Positions 58,120 to 64,000 of a DNA stretch of 64,000 nt are shown here, piece by piece. Made by a program: the position numbers and the translations under genes. Below the pieces are notes generated by a model. It saw nothing but the letters and a program-made list of their open reading frames with translations, was not told the origin of the DNA and did not search any database. Numbering within the stretch: position 1 is the stretch's first letter; the number at the start of each line of letters is the position of its first letter. Source of the stretch: Bacteroidales bacterium (GTDB taxonomy: Bacteria > Bacteroidota > Bacteroidia > Bacteroidales > WCHB1-69); contig JAGCXN010000036.1 of assembly GCA_017961265.1 (NCBI GenBank), positions 60,322-124,321 on the forward strand, written 5' to 3'.

Positions 58120-58530
58120 ATGAAAAGACGAATCCTACTGATACTTTCGCTGCTGTTTGTTTCCACGTCATTCCTCGCGGGACAGACGAGTGACAAGCGT
58201 GAGAAACGGAAGAATCTGACGGTGAAGGAGTGGAACACAAATGCGGCGACCAAGACCCGCTATCTGGACCACGTCACCAAATTCGATGCCAACGGCTTCA
58301 AGATCGAAGAGATTGAGTATGCCAACTACGGGCAGAAAACGAGAACCACATTTGAGTACAACGAGGCTGGCAAATGCATCAAACAGACCGAGTACGACAG
58401 CCGGAACAAACCGGTCCGCATCCGCAAGTTCGAATACTACCCCGACGGCAGCAAAAAGAAACAATACAACTATTTCCCCTCGGGGAAATTGGAAACCATC
58501 AAGGAGTTCGAATACATCTTTGACAAATAG
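58120..58530 (+). CDS. Exported basic protein with beta-hairpin (YD/MORN-like) repeats
   Basis: Signal peptide; recurring F/Y-E-Y-x-x-x-G-K motifs. Confidence 0.7.
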   Translation: MKRRILLILSLLFVSTSFLAGQTSDKREKRKNLTVKEWNTNAATKTRYLDHVTKFDANGFKIEEIEYANYGQKTRTTFEYNEAGKCIKQTEYDSRNKPVRIRKFEYYPDGSKKKQYNYFPSGKLETIKEFEYIFDK

Positions 58531-58540
58531 ACAAAGACTG

Positions 58541-59308
58541 ATGGAATACATAGCAGACATCTTGGCGAACTTCTCCCCCATCACCCTGGAGGAAATGAGT
58601 GCGGTGAAACTGATGAACCGCATTGACACCAAGTATCTTGTCTGCATAAAACGTCTGCCCGATATTTTGGAACTTTTGCAATCAGACTATTTCGTGCAGG
58701 AGAATGCAGGAAAGCGCATCGCGCACTACAACACCCTCTACTACGACACGTCGGACGCCCAAATGTACGTCGCCCACCACGACCGCAAACTCACACGCCA
58801 GAAGCTTCGGGCAAGGATCTACTGCGACACCGGTGCCGCCTTCTGCGAAATCAAGAACAAGAGCAACAAAAAACGGACGAAGAAAAAACGCATCCCCATC
58901 GAAGTGGGGCAGTTCGGCGATATGTTGGCGTCCGACGCCACTCGCTCCTTCGTGACAGAAAAACTCCATTACGATATCAGCACGCTCATCCCGCAGGTGG
59001 AGAACGAGTTCGACCGCATCACACTGGTCAACAAGGGGCTGACGGAGCGGCTCACCATCGACAGCAACATCCGCTTTGTGAACCGGCACACCGGACAAAG
59101 TGCCGATGTCCCCGACCTCGTCATCATCGAGCTGAAACAGGACGGCAACGTCCCCTCCTATTTCAAGGAAGTGCTCTTAGGGCTCCGGATAAAGCCCAAA
59201 CGCATCAGCAAGTACTGCCTCGGCACCGCACTGACCAACCCGACGGTAAAAGCCAACCGTTTCAAAATAAAATTACGATATATCAATAAGTTATCACAAA
59301 ATATTTAA
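58541..59308 (+). CDS. VTC-domain (polyphosphate polymerase / TTM-CYTH fold) protein
   Basis: Start MEYIADIL at 58541; MNRIDTKY, TLYYDT, KLRARIY, FCEIKNK, RITLV, ERLTID, IIELK, ISKYC. Confidence 0.88.
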   Translation: MEYIADILANFSPITLEEMSAVKLMNRIDTKYLVCIKRLPDILELLQSDYFVQENAGKRIAHYNTLYYDTSDAQMYVAHHDRKLTRQKLRARIYCDTGAAFCEIKNKSNKKRTKKKRIPIEVGQFGDMLASDATRSFVTEKLHYDISTLIPQVENEFDRITLVNKGLTERLTIDSNIRFVNRHTGQSADVPDLVIIELKQDGNVPSYFKEVLLGLRIKPKRISKYCLGTALTNPTVKANRFKIKLRYINKLSQNI

Positions 59309-59311
59309 CCG

Positions 59312-60037
59312 ATGATTCAAGAAGAATTCGATCCCGAAATCGCACGCGAATTTGCGGAAGACCTGCAAGCCATCGCCTCCCCCAACGACCTGATGGGGAT
59401 GCCCATCTTCCAAAAGGAAAGTTTGATCACCTTTGCCGTCCTTTTCTGCCTCAACCTGCTTGTATGCTGGATAATGGTGCATTTTTTCTATTACAGAAAA
59501 GCCAAGCGGAAGGACTACTACTATACCTTTATGCTCTTCAGTGTGACGGTGTTCGTGCTGATGTTCCTGCTCAACAACGTGAACCTCGGCATGGGGTTCG
59601 CCCTCGGTCTTTTCGCCATCTTCGGCATGATCCGCTACCGCACCGAAACAGTGCCGATACGGGAGATGACCTACCTGTTTGTCACCATCGGTATTTCCGT
59701 TGTAAACGGACTGGCCATGTCGCATGGCCTCATCAACCTCGTGTTGATCAACATTCTGGTCATGGTTGTCGTGGGCATCATCGACGGCATTTTCGGATCG
59801 AAACAGCAACCGGCCAAAATCATCCTTTACGACAAAATTGATTTGGTGAAACATGGGCGCGAGGATGAGCTGAAAGCCGATTTGGAAGAACGCACTGGAC
59901 TCACCATCAACAAGATAGAGGTCGGACACATCGATTTTCTGCGGGATGTGGCCTACCTGAAGGTTTATTACGAACCCATCAGCGACGAGGTAAACACCAT
60001 TGACACGATGGTGAAGCACAAGGATTTCATGAAATAA
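59312..60037 (+). CDS. DUF4956 membrane protein
   Basis: GFALGLFAIFGMIRYRT..VPIREMTYLF; several TMs and a soluble C-terminal domain (LKADLEERTG). Confidence 0.85.
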   Translation: MIQEEFDPEIAREFAEDLQAIASPNDLMGMPIFQKESLITFAVLFCLNLLVCWIMVHFFYYRKAKRKDYYYTFMLFSVTVFVLMFLLNNVNLGMGFALGLFAIFGMIRYRTETVPIREMTYLFVTIGISVVNGLAMSHGLINLVLINILVMVVVGIIDGIFGSKQQPAKIILYDKIDLVKHGREDELKADLEERTGLTINKIEVGHIDFLRDVAYLKVYYEPISDEVNTIDTMVKHKDFMK

Positions 60038-60052
60038 CCGAAAAAGGTTCCC

Positions 60053-60727
60053 TTGAGACACATTCGCAACATTCTGGTTCTCTTCATCTTGTGTCTTCCT
60101 TTCGTAACGAAGGGGCAGACGCACGAGGTCGGTGCCATCATCGGGGCGGAGTACGAAAAGAAGGTGGCGAAGGGGCTGCATTTCGGCGTGGACGGGCAGT
60201 TGCGGTTCAACCAGAACTTCACAAACTTCGACCGGCTGCGGTTGGGTGCAGGCCTTGACTACACGTTCTGGAAGAAGCGGCTGAAGATTGGCGCGGCGGG
60301 TTTCTACCTGCTGGGCGACGAAGGGAACTACTATGAGCACCGCGGGCGCGTCCAAGCCACCGTAGCCTACACCGAGCGGATCCGGCAATTCCGTATCGGG
60401 GTGCGTGCGCGGGCGCAGAGCACCTTCTACGACGAACGGCGCGGCGAGCATAAGTTCAACCCCAAGACTTACTTCCGCGGGCGCCTCCAGCTCGAGTACG
60501 AGTTTTTCAGCAAGCCCGTCAAGCTGTTCGCCTCCACCGAATTTTTCCTCCGTCTTTACAAAAAAAACAACTATTTCATTGACGACTTCCGCACCATCGT
60601 CGGCTGCAGCTACAAACTGACACAAGGAAGTTCGCTCACTTTCGCTTTCCGCAGCGAAAATGAAATTCAAGTAAAAAATCCCGAAAATATTTATTACTTT
60701 TGCATCGTCTATAATTTCAAGCATTAA
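60053..60727 (+). CDS. DUF2490-like outer-membrane beta-barrel
   Basis: Signal peptide, alternating amphipathic strands, Arg/Lys-rich, C-terminal VYNF. Confidence 0.75.
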   Translation: MRHIRNILVLFILCLPFVTKGQTHEVGAIIGAEYEKKVAKGLHFGVDGQLRFNQNFTNFDRLRLGAGLDYTFWKKRLKIGAAGFYLLGDEGNYYEHRGRVQATVAYTERIRQFRIGVRARAQSTFYDERRGEHKFNPKTYFRGRLQLEYEFFSKPVKLFASTEFFLRLYKKNNYFIDDFRTIVGCSYKLTQGSSLTFAFRSENEIQVKNPENIYYFCIVYNFKH

Positions 60728-61914
60728 TGCCGAAGCAAAACCGTTTACGTCCGCACCAAATCGCCTATCTGATTGATGCGGTTATCATTTTTTTGATTTC
60801 ACTGCTTGCATTGCTGGACCGTGATCATCTGAGCAACAAATACTATTTCGACTGGCTCAACCTAATCCACTACATTCCGCTCTACGTCACGTATGCAATC
60901 GTGGTATGTTTTTACCGTGGTTACAAAAAAAGGCGTTCACTTGCCCGCTACCTCACAGGTTCGATGCTATGCTGCGTGGCGGTGTCTGTCGTATGGTCGC
61001 TTTTTTTCTACAATTCCCTGCCTGTCACCCAGAGAGAGAAAACCTACGAGCAATTTCGGCAAAACCAGATCATCTTCAGCGAAAATTCCACCAAAAAAAT
61101 TGCCCGTTGGGTGGATGAAGAACATATCTCCTCCTCACAACTGATTGACTCGTGCAAGGCATACAATGCAGAACGCCGCGCCGTACGCCAAAACGAACGG
61201 AAAACCACACAACAGTACTGGAGACTCCTCCTATTCTTGATTTCCAACCTAACCATTTTCGCAACTGTGACAGCCGTTCATTTCACCTTCCAGATGATTG
61301 AGACAGAGAATGAACGCCGTGAGGCGGAAAAATTGAAAATCGAAGCAGAGCACAAGCTGCTGAAATACCAGCTGAATCCGCACTTCCTGATGAATACGCT
61401 GAACAACATCCACGCGCAAATTGACATTGACAGCGAGGCTGCCCAAGAGAGTGTAAGGCTGCTGTCGAAATTGATGCGATACATACTCTACGAGGCCAAC
61501 CACGACCGCGTCCCACTCGCCAAGGAGGTGGACTTCCTCTCCAATTATTTTGAAATGATGCGCAAACGATACATCGACACCGTTTCCATCGAACTTATTG
61601 TTCCAAAGGAAATTCCGAATATCAGCATCCCCCCTGTCCTTTTCATCAATTTGGCAGAAAATGCCTTCAAACACGGCATCACATACGATTCCAGCTCTTT
61701 CCTGCGTTTTGAACTAAAAGTAGAAAACGACAAAATCATCTGCCATTCTGTCAACAGCAAAATCAAGAACAAAGCCGACATTCAGGAATCGTACGGTTTC
61801 GGCATTGAAAGCCTTAGGAAACGGCTCGACCTCATTTATGCCGACAACTATACATACGACATTGAAGATACAGAAAATACTTATACCGTTAATTTAATCA
61901 TCCCCATCGTATGA
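60727..61914 (+). CDS. LytS-type sensor histidine kinase
   Basis: LKYQLNPHFLMNTLNNI, LMRYILYE, ENAFKHG, GFGIE..RKRL. Confidence 0.93.
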   Translation: MPKQNRLRPHQIAYLIDAVIIFLISLLALLDRDHLSNKYYFDWLNLIHYIPLYVTYAIVVCFYRGYKKRRSLARYLTGSMLCCVAVSVVWSLFFYNSLPVTQREKTYEQFRQNQIIFSENSTKKIARWVDEEHISSSQLIDSCKAYNAERRAVRQNERKTTQQYWRLLLFLISNLTIFATVTAVHFTFQMIETENERREAEKLKIEAEHKLLKYQLNPHFLMNTLNNIHAQIDIDSEAAQESVRLLSKLMRYILYEANHDRVPLAKEVDFLSNYFEMMRKRYIDTVSIELIVPKEIPNISIPPVLFINLAENAFKHGITYDSSSFLRFELKVENDKIICHSVNSKIKNKADIQESYGFGIESLRKRLDLIYADNYTYDIEDTENTYTVNLIIPIV

Positions 61915-62639
61915 TCAACTGCATTGCCATCGACGACGAACCCCTTGCCCTGAAACAGCTGGAGGGCTACGTGAAAAAGACCCCGTTTCTGCAACTGGCA
62001 GCCACTTTCCATTCTGCTACGGAAGCGAAAGCCTTCCTCTCCGAAAACAGCGTGGATGTGGTTTTCACCGACATCAACATGCCCGACTGTAGCGGAATGC
62101 AGTTCGTCAAAGAACTGGATAATCCGCCACTCATTGTCTTCTCCACCGCCTACGAGGAGTACGCCGTAGAAAGTTTCCGCGTGGATGCCATTGACTACCT
62201 GCTGAAACCTTACAGCTATCAGGACTTTCTGAAAGCGGCACTCAAGGTGAAACAATACCACGAATGGAAATCAGCGAAGAACGAGCATACCGACGAAACG
62301 CCCACCGACGAGTACTTCTTCGTGCGTGCAGATAACCAGAGTATCAAGATCTTCACCAACACTATTCTTTACGTGGAAGCAATGAGCGAGTATATCCGCA
62401 TCCACTTTAAGGAAAGCAAACCACTGATGACCTTCATGAGCATCAAACTGATGATGGAAACGCTCCCCAACGACCGCTTTATGCGAATCCATCGCTCCTA
62501 TATCATTGCCTTGGACAGCATCAAATCATTCCGTCGCAGTGAAGTAGAACTCAGCGACGGCACCGTTCTGTCCGTGAGCGCCACCTACAAGGAAGATCTT
62601 CAAAAATACATTGAAAATAAAACTGTTGGAAGAAAATAA
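61911..62639 (+). CDS. LytTR-family response regulator
   Basis: IDDEP, DINMP, FSTAY, DYLLKP; LytTR motif FMRIHRSYII. Confidence 0.95.
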   Translation: MINCIAIDDEPLALKQLEGYVKKTPFLQLAATFHSATEAKAFLSENSVDVVFTDINMPDCSGMQFVKELDNPPLIVFSTAYEEYAVESFRVDAIDYLLKPYSYQDFLKAALKVKQYHEWKSAKNEHTDETPTDEYFFVRADNQSIKIFTNTILYVEAMSEYIRIHFKESKPLMTFMSIKLMMETLPNDRFMRIHRSYIIALDSIKSFRRSEVELSDGTVLSVSATYKEDLQKYIENKTVGRK

Positions 62640-62645
62640 ACCGTT

Positions 62646-62888
62646 ATGAAAAAAACATTGTTGTTCACCTTCGCACTGATTGCTGCCATCGGCCTCACAT
62701 CCTGCCACAAGGACTGCGTATGCAAATATTACCGCAAGGGGAAGCTCTATGACATAAAGACTTGGAAAGACCGGCACGTGACGGAGGAGGATTGTGCGGG
62801 CATGAATGATTCCTACACGCTGAGCGTGCCTGTCGGAGAATATGCTGACGTGGAATTAGTGGATTACGAAGTGGTGTGCGAGCGGTAA
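62646..62888 (+). CDS. Small Cys-rich lipoprotein
   Basis: LTSC lipobox; DCVCKYY...C...C. Confidence 0.75.
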   Translation: MKKTLLFTFALIAAIGLTSCHKDCVCKYYRKGKLYDIKTWKDRHVTEEDCAGMNDSYTLSVPVGEYADVELVDYEVVCER

Positions 62889-62931
62889 AAGAAGAATATT
62901 AACTAACTAATTAATCTTTAATAAAATAACT

Positions 62932-63168
62932 ATGAAAAAACTATTCTTATTGGCTGCTGTAATCGTCGCCATGCTGACCGCAGCCTGCGAACACAGCGAC
63001 TGCGTATGCCGCTACTATGACCAGAATGGCACAGCCGTTGCCCAAGAGGACTGGGACGGGAGCCAAGTTTCCGCCTCTCAATGCCAAGCAATGGAAAATA
63101 ACAACGTCGTGGAAGTGGACAACCAGACCATTGTCGCCTCCAATGTAAGCTGCTCCACAGAATGGTAA
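62932..63168 (+). CDS. Small Cys-rich lipoprotein (paralogue of 62646)
   Basis: TAAC lipobox; DCVCRYY...C...C. Confidence 0.75.
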   Translation: MKKLFLLAAVIVAMLTAACEHSDCVCRYYDQNGTAVAQEDWDGSQVSASQCQAMENNNVVEVDNQTIVASNVSCSTEW

Positions 63169-64000
63169 CCGAAGATTTTGAGACTGCCCTTCACGAGCGC
63201 GAAGGCATCGAACAGCCGTCGCAGGTAAACCCGTATCTGCAAAAACGCAAGCGCCGTGAGCTCACCACCGACGACTATGTTGACGGCATCTTGAAAGGTG
63301 ACCGCGTCATCCTAAGCCGTGCCATCACCCTTGCAGAGAGCTTGAACCCTGAGCACCAACGGATGGCGCAGGAGGTCATCGAGCGATGCCTGCCGCACGC
63401 CGGAAATTCGCTGCGCATCGGCATTACCGGTGTTCCGGGCGTGGGCAAAAGCACCTTCATTGAGGCGTTCGGCAAGCACCTGACCGGCATCGGCAAAAAG
63501 ATTGCCGTCCTCGCCATCGACCCGAGCAGCGAGCGGTCCAAAGGCAGCATCCTCGGCGACAAGACCCGCATGGAGCTGCTCTCCACCGACCCCAACGCGT
63601 TCATCCGGCCCTCCCCCTCCGGCCTGACGCTCGGCGGCGTGGCCCGCAAAACCCGCGAGACCATCGTGCTGTGCGAAGCCGCCGGCTTTGACATCATCAT
63701 CGTGGAAACCGTCGGCGTGGGACAGTCCGAAACCGTCGTCAAGTCGATGGTGGATTTCTTCCTGCTGCTGATGCTCGCCGGCGCCGGTGACGAACTGCAA
63801 GGCATCAAACGCGGCATCATGGAGATGGCCGACGCCCTCGTCATCAACAAGGCCGACGGCGACAACGTCCACGCCGCCGAAGTGGCCCGCTCCCGCTACC
63901 AGTCGGCCCTGCACCTCTTCCCGATGAACGAGAACGGCTGGATCGTGCCCGTCGCCACCTGCTCCTCCATCGAGCACACCTCCATCGACAAAGTATGGCA
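63162..64000 (+). CDS. meaB: Methylmalonyl-CoA mutase-associated GTPase (3' truncated by the window; absent from the ORF track)
   Basis: Manual translation from ATG 63162: LSRAITLAES, GITGVPGVGKST, AIDPSS, GSILGDKTRM, VETVGVGQSE, GDELQGIKRG, NKADG. Confidence 0.95.
   Translation, partial: MVTEDFETALHEREGIEQPSQVNPYLQKRKRRELTTDDYVDGILKGDRVILSRAITLAESLNPEHQRMAQEVIERCLPHAGNSLRIGITGVPGVGKSTFIEAFGKHLTGIGKKIAVLAIDPSSERSKGSILGDKTRMELLSTDPNAFIRPSPSGLTLGGVARKTRETIVLCEAAGFDIIIVETVGVGQSETVVKSMVDFFLLLMLAGAGDELQGIKRGIMEMADALVINKADGDNVHAAEVARSRYQSALHLFPMNENGWIVPVATCSSIEHTSIDKVW

Noticed and set aside
58241-58540. 100-aa N-terminal extension of the VTC ORF in the track
   Set aside because: It overlaps the 58120-58530 gene in another frame; the real start is probably ATG 58541.
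63275-63977. Minus-strand ORFs at the window end
   Set aside because: Antisense to meaB.

Overview
Bacteroidota (probably Bacteroidales) chromosomal segment, judged by TAnnTTTG promoters, T9SS cargo proteins and Bacteroidota-type small ribosomal proteins. Housekeeping genes: rng, HU, deoC, rpmG, fbaA, rfbB, clpB, secDF, pgk, meaB, tRNA-Met and tRNA-Pro. Accessory loci: an ABC-2 exporter operon, a 3985-aa T9SS repeat adhesin with a recent 441/882-bp tandem expansion, hicAB, a C10 protease, a GH78 enzyme and a four-helix-bundle gene. The strongest candidate for an undescribed system is the co-oriented cluster at 54.0-63.2 kb: a small T9SS protein, a Cthe_2159-type beta-helix protein, lipoproteins, a VTC/TTM polyphosphate-polymerase-like enzyme, a DUF4956 membrane protein, a DUF2490 outer-membrane barrel and LytS/LytTR. 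It may be an envelope-spanning polyphosphate synthesis/export module (inference). Other notable items: an in-frame TAG inside an otherwise intact clpB, a PorE-like protein with an apparently inactive retropepsin-like tail, two small ribosomal-protein ORFs missed by the ORF track, and many intergenic 7-mer/9-mer arrays and REP-like palindromes. All family calls come from motif recognition by eye; no database searches were run.
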